Source of the DNA: a virus
Taxonomy: Duplodnaviria; Caudoviricetes
Direction: 5' to 3' (one strand)
IMG/VR virus record: IMGVR_UViG_3300021197_000450
Location: 1-54,097 of that record
Length of the DNA stretch: 54,097 nucleotides
The notes beneath the pieces were generated by a model. It saw only the letters and a program-made list of their open reading frames with translations, had not been told where the DNA came from and ran no database searches. Both the position numbers and the translations under genes were made by a program. Below, piece by piece: positions 18,362 through 28,200 of the stretch; position 1 is the stretch's first letter, and each line of letters begins with the position of its first letter.

Positions 18362-21300
18362 TTAACCGTCTCCACCAATAACTGTCTTAGCAGTCTGCAC
18401 TCTAACTGTACCGTCTCTGCCTGATCTTCTGGTGAATTTTAAATTAATGTTGGTAGCATCTGCATCTACGTCAAACGTACCAAACTCACTATCGCCTGTA
18501 AATAATGTGGAAAATTCTGTATATGCGGTGTTTAAGCCACTATCTAAAGTAGCTACAACTTTAGTATATGAAGTTTCACCTTTTGTTGTTGTTCCATTAA
18601 CATCTTTCATATGAATAGAATATTCAATTGAACATGGCACACCTAAGTGAGGAGCGACCTTTACTGTAGTCTGGCCGGCTCCCGCATTCTGTGCAGTAGG
18701 CTTATGATATACCACATCAAAGATATCAATATGAGTAGTCTGAATAGAGTCTGCATCAAGAAACCCAGTAATATTAAGACCGGTATTTGTTGTAATTGCT
18801 CTCTGTACATTATCATAGTAAAGTGCTACAGCGCCATTTTCAGATGCAGTAATTAAATTCTCAGTACCTGCCTGATTATGTAATCTAAGACCAGCGGTGT
18901 TCACTTTGAAAAATGTAGTGCCAACAGTGTTGATTTCTAAGTTGCCAGAAACTTCTGAGATACTATGATCAGAGTCTGTACCAAACTTAATTGCAATACC
19001 ATCATTCATCACAAGAGAGCCAGCAGTTTTCTGATCTTTTGTATTTGATCTTAAAAACTCTGTGCTGTTAAGATTATCTAATGTATCTGCATCAATGCCT
19101 GTTACAGTTTTAATATAAGCGGAATCGGCTTTGCCAGCAGCAGTAATAAAGTTAAAATCAACAATAGAATTAATTTGACCTAATACAAGATTAGAGTCAT
19201 GAGTATCAGCCGCTGCAATTCTAGCATCTGCAATAATAATAGCTTGAGAGGAATCAATAAAGTCAGTATAAAGTGCAGGAATTGATGGGTCGTTAATGAA
19301 ATTATTATAGTTCAGATAGTATGAAGAGTCATTACCACCAAGAGTATCCGCATCTAAAGTTCCAGTTAAAGAATTAATAAATGCGATAGTTACTGCTGAA
19401 TCAATCTGTCCTTTTACAGCAGCACTATCATGAGTGTCTAATGCATTAATGAAAGATTGATTGACTGCTGAATCAATCTGTCCTTGAACTGATGCAGAGT
19501 CATGAGTGTCTAATGCATTAATGAAAGATTGATTGACTGCTGAATCAATTTGACCTTGAACAGCAGCACTATCATGAGTGTCATCTGCGGTGGTTAACAG
19601 TCTGTCAGTATTATAATGTGGCGCTTTATTAAATACCCATTTGTCGCCAGTTGAAGCATATTGTAAGGTAGCAGAAGCACCATTGATTGTAATTCCAGCG
19701 CCGTCTGCTTGAGAAGCGTTGGTTGCAGAGTCTGCTAACACGATATTTTTATCAGAGATACTTACAGTAGTGGAATTAATAATTGTTTGTGTACCATCAA
19801 CTTGTAAGTCGCCAAGAATTACAACTTTACCTGTGCTGTCTCCGATACCAGCAGGATCAATCGTAAAGACTGCTGGTCCACCAATGTATCCACCAACAGT
19901 CAGGTTACTATCTACGTTTAGGTCTTTAGAGAATGTTGCGTTATTGGCAAACTTGGTATTAATTTGACCAGATACAGCCACACTGTCATGAGTATCACTA
20001 GCTGTAGTTAGAACTGCATTTCCACCAACTGTTAAGCTAGTTGTAATTTGTAATGCAGCAGGAAGTCCAATAGTTGCCACACCACCAGATGCTGCAACCT
20101 CTACTTCATTAGCTGTTCCAACAATATCATTATTGATTGATGAATCAATTTGACCTTGAACTGCCACACTGTCATGAGTGTCTAATGCATTTAAGTTACT
20201 GTCTATTTGACCTTGAACAGCAGCAGAGTCATGAGTATCACCTATAACAGCAGCAATAACACCTGTTGCAGAGTCATATGTGATGTTAGAGCCTGCTGTT
20301 ATTGCTGCTCTAGCAAATGGTCTGATAGCTGCTGAGTCTACTGTAGGAATAGTAGGTGTGCCAGTTAAATTGGCATAAGGTATGCTTGTTACAGTTTTAA
20401 TTGCGGCAGAGTCTGCGCCAGTGTATGTAAATACTCCACTTACGTTGTTGTAAGCAAAAGAGCCAAATCCACCTGCATCAGTTGCGCTAAGATCAGAAAG
20501 AGCAATACCTGAGCCACCGCCGGATGTAGCATCTACAGCCGCTACAAATTTAGCACCATCCCATTTAAGAATGTTATTTGTAGAGATACCTGAAAGATCG
20601 ACGTTTGAGAGAGCGCCAATACTAGAAACACCAATTCTAGAGTCTGCAATCGAAACAACTGTTGCACTATCTGTTCCACCAGAAGCTGTGCTTGCAATTA
20701 CACCTGTTGCAGAGTCATATGTAATATTTGATCCTGCTGTAATAGCTGCTCTAGCAAATGGTTGAATTGTAGCAGAATCAACTGTAGGAATTGTAGGTTT
20801 GTTAGTAAAGTTATTGTAATTAAGGTAATACGCAGAATCATTACCACCAAGAGTATCAGCGTCTAATGTCCCACTTAAAGAATTAATAAACGCAATAGTT
20901 ACTGCTGAATCAATCTGTCCTTGAACAGATGTAGAATCTGCACCACCTGCTCCACCACCAGTCGAAGAAATCACACCTGTAGCGGAATCGTATGTGATGT
21001 TAGAGCCTGCTGTTATTGCTGCTCTAGCCAAAGGTAGAATAGTCGCAGAGTCTACTGTAGGAATAGTAGGTTTATTAGTAAAGTTATTGTAATTTAAATG
21101 ATATGCGCTATTCTGTCCACCAAGAGTATCGGCGTCTATCGTCAAAGCGTTGATAAATGATGCATTTACTGCTGAATCAATCTGTCCTTTTACAGCAGCA
21201 GAGTCATGAGTATCCGCAGCAGCAATTAGTGTGTTAACAGCAGCAGAGTCTACACCACCTGCTCCGCCACCAGAGCCTGTGATAGTAATAGTGCTACCTG

Positions 21301-21544
21301 CTGTACCAACAGAAACTGTGCCTGCTCCAGCAATTGTGATTGCGCCATTCAGCGAGTTAACCGTACTTACACCGCTAGTAATAGACGCTAAAGATACAAA
21401 GTTAAACTTTTGGCTAGCAGAATCATACTTGAGGTAACCGTTAGTTCCACTCAATCCAGAATCATTAACATCACTAAAGCCTGTAAGCTTTGTGATATTT
21501 GGGATACCAGAGAGTATCTTTTTTACTATAATCCTTCTTGCCAT
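18362..21544 (-). CDS. Repeat-rich long fibre/virion surface protein (1060 aa)
   Basis: Modules DTHDSAAVQGQIDSA, DADTLGG..SAYYLNYNNFTNKPTIP and ARAAITAGSNITYDSATGVI recur; GDLQVDGTQTIINSTTVSISDKNIVL motif is typical of marine phage fibres. Confidence 0.78.
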   Translation of the reverse strand: MARRIIVKKILSGIPNITKLTGFSDVNDSGLSGTNGYLKYDSASQKFNFVSLASITSGVSTVNSLNGAITIAGAGTVSVGTAGSTITITGSGGGAGGVDSAAVNTLIAAADTHDSAAVKGQIDSAVNASFINALTIDADTLGGQNSAYHLNYNNFTNKPTIPTVDSATILPLARAAITAGSNITYDSATGVISSTGGGAGGADSTSVQGQIDSAVTIAFINSLSGTLDADTLGGNDSAYYLNYNNFTNKPTIPTVDSATIQPFARAAITAGSNITYDSATGVIASTASGGTDSATVVSIADSRIGVSSIGALSNVDLSGISTNNILKWDGAKFVAAVDATSGGGSGIALSDLSATDAGGFGSFAYNNVSGVFTYTGADSAAIKTVTSIPYANLTGTPTIPTVDSAAIRPFARAAITAGSNITYDSATGVIAAVIGDTHDSAAVQGQIDSNLNALDTHDSVAVQGQIDSSINNDIVGTANEVEVAASGGVATIGLPAALQITTSLTVGGNAVLTTASDTHDSVAVSGQINTKFANNATFSKDLNVDSNLTVGGYIGGPAVFTIDPAGIGDSTGKVVILGDLQVDGTQTIINSTTVSISDKNIVLADSATNASQADGAGITINGASATLQYASTGDKWVFNKAPHYNTDRLLTTADDTHDSAAVQGQIDSAVNQSFINALDTHDSASVQGQIDSAVNQSFINALDTHDSAAVKGQIDSAVTIAFINSLTGTLDADTLGGNDSSYYLNYNNFINDPSIPALYTDFIDSSQAIIIADARIAAADTHDSNLVLGQINSIVDFNFITAAGKADSAYIKTVTGIDADTLDNLNSTEFLRSNTKDQKTAGSLVMNDGIAIKFGTDSDHSISEVSGNLEINTVGTTFFKVNTAGLRLHNQAGTENLITASENGAVALYYDNVQRAITTNTGLNITGFLDADSIQTTHIDIFDVVYHKPTAQNAGAGQTTVKVAPHLGVPCSIEYSIHMKDVNGTTTKGETSYTKVVATLDSGLNTAYTEFSTLFTGDSEFGTFDVDADATNINLKFTRRSGRDGTVRVQTAKTVIGGDG
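19392..19582 (-). repeat. 72-bp tandem repeat (DTHDSAAVQGQIDSAVNQSFINAL), about 2.7 copies
   Basis: tcatgagtgtc recurs at 19428, 19500 and 19572. Confidence 0.88.
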
Positions 21545-21557
21545 GCTTATTCCTTTA

Positions 21558-21920
21558 TTATGCCGAATCAGACAAAGTTACGCCGGGATTGATTTCTAAA
21601 ATACCTTCTAGAATTCTCTCTACGGTGTCATTTGCATTTTTAAGTTCTATATCATAAACATAGCGTCTTTGAGCATTATAAAGGCTTATAGAAGAATCTC
21701 CACTCACTGTAAGTTCAATTATGCCATTCGTTTTTGGAGTAGGCACTGAAATTTGAAAAGAATTTCCTGTCGCTTGACCATAAGAACTCTTATATTTAGC
21801 GAAGACTGAGAGATTAGTGAGGTCTTTTGCAGTCCTATCACTATCTACCACTTCAAGCTGAAAAATTGTATCTGTGCCTTGATCTACTGTAAGCACTGCA
21901 TATTCTGCCATGATGAGCAA
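21558..21920 (-). CDS. Small virion protein (BppU-like Ig fold, putative fibre adaptor)
   Basis: LTVDQGTD...DLT...RYVYDIEL...RILEGILEINPGVT pattern; immediately upstream of the fibre genes. Confidence 0.6.
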   Translation of the reverse strand: MLIMAEYAVLTVDQGTDTIFQLEVVDSDRTAKDLTNLSVFAKYKSSYGQATGNSFQISVPTPKTNGIIELTVSGDSSISLYNAQRRYVYDIELKNANDTVERILEGILEINPGVTLSDSA

Positions 21921-21947
21921 ACTCTTTTGTTATTTTCGTTATAACAT

Positions 21948-21955
21948 TATTTATA
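21948..21955 (-). promoter_or_regulatory. Late promoter TATAAATA (fibre-neck operon)
   Basis: Exact consensus, intergenic. Confidence 0.78.
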
Positions 21956-21960
21956 AAGAG

Positions 21961-22206
21961 TTATTTTCCATCATCCGTACTTCGATAAATTAAATCTTGT
22001 AACAAAGACTCTATTCTTTGATTAGAAGATTCAATACCATCAATTCGCTTTTCTAACTCATCAAGCTTATTTTTTTCATTTCGTTTAGCAAGTTTTCGAG
22101 CCTTTGCTTGCTCTAAGCCACTTGTATCTTTATTTATAATCGCCCCAGAATTGGCTCTAGCTAAATTAGGATGATCTTTAATTGGTTTCATTTGTTGCCT
22201 GCCCAA
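21961..22206 (-). CDS. Small coiled-coil hypothetical protein
   Basis: IKDHPNLAR...SGAIINKD followed by a coiled coil; probable start MKPIKD at 22191. Confidence 0.6.
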   Translation of the reverse strand: MGRQQMKPIKDHPNLARANSGAIINKDTSGLEQAKARKLAKRNEKNKLDELEKRIDGIESSNQRIESLLQDLIYRSTDDGK

Positions 22207-22901
22207 GGATGATGTAAAATCACTGTAGAAGTGCCGTTAGTATGATCTTTGGCCTTATGGTATGAGTTTAGATAATTCCATCGAGCATCATTTTCAAAAA
22301 AGTCCCATCGTAAATATCTATAATTATCATATTCTTTTTCAGTCAACCACCAAAGAGAAAATTGATCCCACTTTTTAAATCTGATTGGGTATAAATCGGC
22401 ATCAGGCCACCACAGATTGTCTCTAATTTTTTTATCTAATTTGTACCAATCATTCATGAATTTTTTTGCAAGCGAATTGTACAAACAAACTCCCCCATGA
22501 ATTTTAAATTCGCCACCTGGAAAAACTCTGTTACTGCCACCTACGTTAGTATATGCATATTCACGATCTGCTGTTATTCTTGTCCATAACATATTATTCG
22601 AGCCAAGTTCATCAAAAACAAATTCAATGTCTTCATGCATAACTACACAATCGGCGTCTATGTATAAAGTATTCTCATAAGGAGTATTCGCCATCGCCCA
22701 TAGCTTACCTCTAACTTCATTTGGAGTATCTAAAACTACTCTATCAAAAAAGTTCTCATGTATAGAATCAAAAAGTTGATTTGTTGTAAAGAGTGTTATT
22801 CTAGCATCTGGAAAAAAAGCTAAAATGCTATTTGCACACGCAATGGCTCTATCATAAAAGTAAGAAGTTCTTGTAGCAACTATAATGAATCCATTATTCA
22901 T
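22188..22901 (-). CDS. GT-A fold glycosyltransferase (GT8-like)
   Basis: N-terminal GFIIVAT, KLWAMANTPYENTLYIDAD (DxD), WDQFSLW, RWN, ILHH. Confidence 0.75.
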   Translation of the reverse strand: MNNGFIIVATRTSYFYDRAIACANSILAFFPDARITLFTTNQLFDSIHENFFDRVVLDTPNEVRGKLWAMANTPYENTLYIDADCVVMHEDIEFVFDELGSNNMLWTRITADREYAYTNVGGSNRVFPGGEFKIHGGVCLYNSLAKKFMNDWYKLDKKIRDNLWWPDADLYPIRFKKWDQFSLWWLTEKEYDNYRYLRWDFFENDARWNYLNSYHKAKDHTNGTSTVILHHPWAGNK

Positions 22902-23559
22902 TCTCTAAATCTTCTTTTAAGTCTTTCCAAATAGCTTCACCATCTTCAAATCTATATGCGCATGTGATTCTTCTACAGTTAGTAGAAGCGCTATGATAGA
23001 AAGTTCCTATCTCTTCACTATAGCTAGGAAAATAGCACATCTTTGCTGACCAGCCTTTTTTATCATGCACTTTTACTGTCTGATTATTTTCATCTCTATA
23101 AGCAAAATAACCATCACCAGTTTCTGACCAAGTGAACAGAACATTGTATCCCGGCGCATTAGCATTGTTATGCCAAGAGATGTATCCATTAGGTGGGTAA
23201 TATGTAAAGATACCTGCGTTTCTAGAACCTAAGAAGTACTGTATATCAATATTATACTGTAGAATTTTAGGTCTTACTTCATTCATGTAGTATGTATTTT
23301 TTTTGATTTTATCGTCTGTAACAGCATCAGACGATAGTAACTCAAGCATATTACCATCATCTGGATATCCAGAGTGATTTATTCCTAAAGAAATAATATC
23401 ATCACAAGTCTGTTCAGAAGTCGCTGTTAAAAAATTTTTATTATTAAACTTAATTTTACTATTGTCAATTAAATTATTTGTTTGTAATGCAATATTATCT
23501 AATACCTCTTTAACATACTCATTTTTTAAATCAACTAGATTCGCTATCTGCTTGTGCAT
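22894..23559 (-). CDS. 2OG-Fe(II) oxygenase-like (DSBH fold) protein
   Basis: YPPNGYISWHNN...FYHSAS...RRIT: His, distal His and Arg, with HxN in place of HxD. Confidence 0.55.
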   Translation of the reverse strand: MHKQIANLVDLKNEYVKEVLDNIALQTNNLIDNSKIKFNNKNFLTATSEQTCDDIISLGINHSGYPDDGNMLELLSSDAVTDDKIKKNTYYMNEVRPKILQYNIDIQYFLGSRNAGIFTYYPPNGYISWHNNANAPGYNVLFTWSETGDGYFAYRDENNQTVKVHDKKGWSAKMCYFPSYSEEIGTFYHSASTNCRRITCAYRFEDGEAIWKDLKEDLENE

Positions 23560-24019
23560 TCTGTCTCTCTTCTGTCATTAATATAATAGCGTTCATAATA
23601 GCTTCTGTGCTACTTTTAGATCGTCTAATTGTAGCTTTTGCTTCTCTATTTTTAGATTCTGCAATTTCAGGAATGTTAAAGATTTCAATTTTTGTCTCAA
23701 AGACTTTTCGAATTTGTTCATATTCTCTTTGTTCTTTTTTCTGCCGTTCTTCTTCTCTGAGTCGTAGCTCTTGTTCGTCTTCATATCTTTGAGTTTCAGT
23801 ATCAATACGTTCAACAGGCCATTGGTCTAATATTTTCTCGAAAATGGGGGAGATTTCAGCAGTGTCGTTATCGCCTTTCTTAACAAACTTGTTGACAACT
23901 CCTTCAGCAGTGACTTTTCTACCATTCGCTGCAATATCTGTATATCTACAAGTAACAGCATTCTTGTATTTACTTGTCCATGTTACAATATCATAAACTC
24001 TTTTGCTCATATCATTCAC
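23531..24019 (-). CDS. Hypothetical protein with a coiled-coil C-terminus
   Basis: 162-aa ORF translationally coupled within the late operon. Confidence 0.6.
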   Translation of the reverse strand: MNDMSKRVYDIVTWTSKYKNAVTCRYTDIAANGRKVTAEGVVNKFVKKGDNDTAEISPIFEKILDQWPVERIDTETQRYEDEQELRLREEERQKKEQREYEQIRKVFETKIEIFNIPEIAESKNREAKATIRRSKSSTEAIMNAIILMTEERQNAQADSESS

Positions 24020-24025
24020 TCCATC

Positions 24026-25246
24026 TTAAGCAATTTTAACAAATAATTTAAACGTACCAATAGTATCTCTGTCTGCGGTGCCTGTACCAACAACAGCAGC
24101 GAAGGTTGTAGCTCTTGTACCAGAATAGTTTACTGTTCTTGTACCAGAATAGTTTACTGTTCTTGTACCAGAAAAGTTAGAAGGATATTGTCCGCCTCTA
24201 CTGAAGGTCCTAGAACCAGTACTTCTACCGAAGCTTCTAGGACCTAGAACTCTAGCGAAGTCTGTAGCGGGACCATCTGCTGTAACATCAGCAGTTCCAC
24301 GTCTCTGATCTAGCATACCACTACCAAGCTCTCTATAAGCAACACCAGGGCTAGTGTCAGAGATTACTAATTTTCCCACTCTATCATTTATTTGATTATC
24401 AGCAATTCTGGCACATAACGCAGAAGAAATAAGTCGAGCATAGTCTGAATCTGCTGCTGCTTTTAAATCTGTTAAAAGTCTACTACCATCAAGTCTACCA
24501 AACATAGGATTAACTTTTGCGCCAGTTAATATATCAGCAGCGGACCCAGAAGTAAGAGAAATTTTTTGATAAAAGTTTACAGTCAGATGATCTGAATCTG
24601 CTGCTGTGGTGCCGCTGTGCGCTCGATCCTCTACAATTGTATTTAAGATTTGCCATCTATCACTGTCTGGATAATGTTTACTATCTGTTGTATTATACAC
24701 ACCGTAAATAGCGGTTCTTGCGCTATCATCAAAGTGATATGTTCCTGGTAAATCATTCTCAAAGATTTTTACGATAAGGTCATCTAAAAGATCATTTGTA
24801 GAATCTGCACCTAGACCTGTCGTAAAACTTCTCATTTCAAGTGTAGTGTTTGTCAGTCCTATCTTAGGAACTAATGGTAACTGCCCTAAAAATCCTACCG
24901 AACTTTTGTCCAAGGCAACAGCAGAGCCTGCATCACCGAAAGATTCAGTGTTCTGCATTGCTAAGAACAAAGTTTCTGTGATCAATGTGGCAGCATCTAG
25001 ATCAGTATCATCAGCATCATTAAGATAGCTAGTGTCAATAACCCTGCCGATACTATCAGCATTTGTTGTGAATGAGGTGTTACTAAATTTAATATTACCT
25101 TCATCTGTCGAATCAAAAGTAGTTGCAAACTTTGCGCCGGACACAGATGCAACACGCATGAATTCCGCATCTGACATTTCCTTTAATCCAGAAAAGTTGC
25201 CTGATCCATCACTATCATGTTTTAGATATCTTCTTTTTAATCCCAC
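24026..25246 (-). CDS. Putative virion structural protein with C-terminal [FY]SGTR repeats
   Basis: 406 aa, GTG start, DS-rich; C-terminal FSGTRTVN-YSGTRTVN-YSGTR. Confidence 0.6.
   Translation of the reverse strand: MGLKRRYLKHDSDGSGNFSGLKEMSDAEFMRVASVSGAKFATTFDSTDEGNIKFSNTSFTTNADSIGRVIDTSYLNDADDTDLDAATLITETLFLAMQNTESFGDAGSAVALDKSSVGFLGQLPLVPKIGLTNTTLEMRSFTTGLGADSTNDLLDDLIVKIFENDLPGTYHFDDSARTAIYGVYNTTDSKHYPDSDRWQILNTIVEDRAHSGTTAADSDHLTVNFYQKISLTSGSAADILTGAKVNPMFGRLDGSRLLTDLKAAADSDYARLISSALCARIADNQINDRVGKLVISDTSPGVAYRELGSGMLDQRRGTADVTADGPATDFARVLGPRSFGRSTGSRTFSRGGQYPSNFSGTRTVNYSGTRTVNYSGTRATTFAAVVGTGTADRDTIGTFKLFVKIA
24113..24173 (-). repeat. 24-bp tandem repeat (SGTRTVNY), about 2.5 copies
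   Basis: tcttgtaccagaatagtttactgt repeated exactly. Confidence 0.88.
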
Positions 25247-25258
25247 GGTAAGTCCTTC

Positions 25259-28200
25259 TTATGTTCCTAGCGCAATTGCTCTCAAATCTCTAAATGTTGT
25301 AATCTTGGAGCTATTAGAACTTCTCATCACAATCTTCAACTGGAAAGTTGTGAATGGGGACAGTTCACCTCCTAAATTACCAATTGTGTATTCATAATCT
25401 CTAAAGATGTCTCTATTCTCATCCGTTTGGATAATAGTGTCTTGAGCAACTTTTACGAATGCGACTTCATCAATATTTATGTCACTACCTACTTCTGATG
25501 TTCTGAAGTAAAGATCAAAATTAGCGCCATCAGGTCGGTTAGCTGCAATGATAACTTTCAAGCCTACAGCAGGCTCATCAATCACAACAGGTGGAGTAAT
25601 ATGCTTTGACAAAGTAGAACCGTTTGTAGGATCAGTCTCATCAACAAAGTCGAATGGTGTGTTTAGAGGGAACACATTAGTCGCAGAGTCTTGGTTATCA
25701 ATAATGTTGTTTGAAGTCAACATTTGCGCATTATCCATAAAGATCACAGGGCTAATAAAGTTACTTGACGTAGCCATGTTTGCAGTAATCTTCACTGATT
25801 TTCTTGGTGTAGGATTAGTTGCTGCTAACAATGTAGTTGCAGAATCTTCATTCTGTCTATTAGCTACAACCTGTGGGAAATCAAACAGAACAGGATTATC
25901 AGATACAATATCAAAGTTGGAACTTAAAGCAAAAGTATTCTTTGATTTGTTGTTAGGTACAGCACCATTACTAGGTACAATCGAGCGGCCTTTTGCAAAT
26001 GAACCTTGCATTGTTAAATTAGCAGAGACTGCTGGCAAGAAAGATTCAATTAGAGGGAATGCTAAATCCATTTGAATGTTTTGTGATGCACTCAGATTAC
26101 TACCACCAGTCACTTGAGTAGATGTTGCAGCACTATCAGCAACAAATTTAAATCCTGTTCCATCAATTGCTGTTACATTTCTTTTGCCGAGAATACTACT
26201 ACCTTTAATACCAGCATATGAAGTGCTGGAATCGAGACCGTAGATATTAACATAATCGTCAATACCAAAGCCATGACCACGCTGTAGAATTGTGACTGTA
26301 GTTGATCCACTATCAGTAGAAATCGCATCACTATCAAGAATAGCATCAGGCAAATCAATGTTCTCAATAAGAGCAGCGCCAGAAGACACAAAGTTTGCTC
26401 TATGAATTCTGAACATCATGTCTCTAGTCTGATCAGGTGTCCATGTAATAGCATTCTGAGACATAAACAACGAACCAAGAGAAGGCTGCTGTCGAATTCG
26501 TCTATCAGTAGTACCAATAATAAAGTCACCTGCCTTAGCAACGTAAACATTATAGTCTACAGTATCCGCTTGTAAAATAAGTGCGAATGGTGTATTGCCA
26601 GGTAAGTAAACAGGCGCATCAAATTCAAACGTTGTTGGTGTTGCTCTAATAGTAGTCAAGTCGTCCAGATCACTTGGAATATTAATATCTGCTCTCTGCT
26701 TAACTACTTGTGAACCAATTACCATCTCGTCCTGAGCAGGCACGCCGTTTCTCAGAGGTCTTAATTCAAGACGTACTGGAATGTTCTCATCAGCACTACT
26801 AGCTGCTGGTCTAGTAGAGAAATACACATCAATTTTAGTGACAAATGCGCCTTCAGAATTCTGAATTTGGAAAGACTGAGCAAGAGGGTCACGAGGTCTA
26901 GGTGGCACAGCAACGACTACAGTACCTTCTCTCACTGTAGTACTGACAATCACTCTTCTAGTGCCTTGAGCGCTATACGTTGCAGCAGCAAAAGATGTAG
27001 AAGCAGCATCATCATTGACACTAACATCAATTAATTTTACTTCACGCTCACCAGCATCAAAAATAAACTCACTATTATTTGGCACTAAGAAAGAACCAAT
27101 AATTTCACCCTTATTATCCGTGTACAAATCGCTGCCTGTCAGAGGATGCGAAGTTGCCCTAGAATTAATAAATTGATCCCGACTTCTTCTTGAGAATCTA
27201 ACAAAGTCCGCTTCTTCTCTAGTATAGTTATTGCCAGATGGATTAGTCAGCAGAACGTTGTCAAAGAATAAGAAGTGTCTTGTGTTCGGCTTAAGTGCTT
27301 CACCTTTAAAGAAGACAAGTCTAGAACGAATATTAGGAAGAAGTGTTACTCTACCACCAGTCACAGTTGTTGTTTCGGTGAAATCGTCTAATCTACGAAC
27401 AACTCCTCGGCTTCTTCTAGAAGTGAAAGTAATCGACCTAATTCTAGTAATAGTTCTATTTACTCTACGAACTTCTCTCCATTCATCAATTTCAGGAGAC
27501 AGTCTCAGTTGACCAGTAAACGTAATTACTTCAAACGGATTAATATTTTCTGTTTCAGATGCAAGGTCTTGATTAATGTACACCTCAGAAGCAAAGTCAA
27601 GTGTGAGTAATTCACCAGAAAGCTTTGTGTTGACACTAGTAGCATCTACAGAGTCATATACCAGAGGCACGTTATTCTCTACAACATCTGGCAAGAGAAG
27701 TGTATTTTCTAAGTCCATTGATGCAGTGTATTGCTCATCATCAACATCTGAGAAAGCAAAATCGGAGAAGTTATCAGCAAAGAAGCCGTTCTTGAAGCGA
27801 TTATTGCCACTTGAATCAAGTACTTCGATAGTCGCAGTTTGCTGCTCAAGTAAGTTGAGCGTCACAACTTCTTCAAGATTGTCAATACGATTTACGATAC
27901 CTGAAATGTCTCGCATTGTAAATCGTCTGTTCTGAATAAATGTTTCAGTTAAATCATTTAAATCATCGGTATATGCATTTAACTGAAATTCTTTGAGCTT
28001 GAGAGTGCCGCTTGGAGTATTAGGTGTGAGTGTGTTATCAAGTGCAGCAACACCTTCAACATACTTGATTACTTTTTCTGGCGTCAACACCAGAATGTCA
28101 TTTCTACCTTTGTAGTATGTTACATCAGTAGCAATTGTATCAGTATTCTGAGGAAGTTCATTCATGTTAGAAGCTGAGTAAGAAGCACCATCAGATTCTT

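Noticed and set aside
19392-19582. Regularly spaced repeats as a possible CRISPR array (also 24113-24173)
   Set aside because: In-frame coding tandem repeats with wobble-position variation, no unique spacers and no cas genes.
16084-21544. Duplicated fibre segments as a DGR template/variable repeat pair or invertible cassette
   Set aside because: No reverse transcriptase or invertase in the window; differences are not adenine-specific and the repeats are direct and coding.
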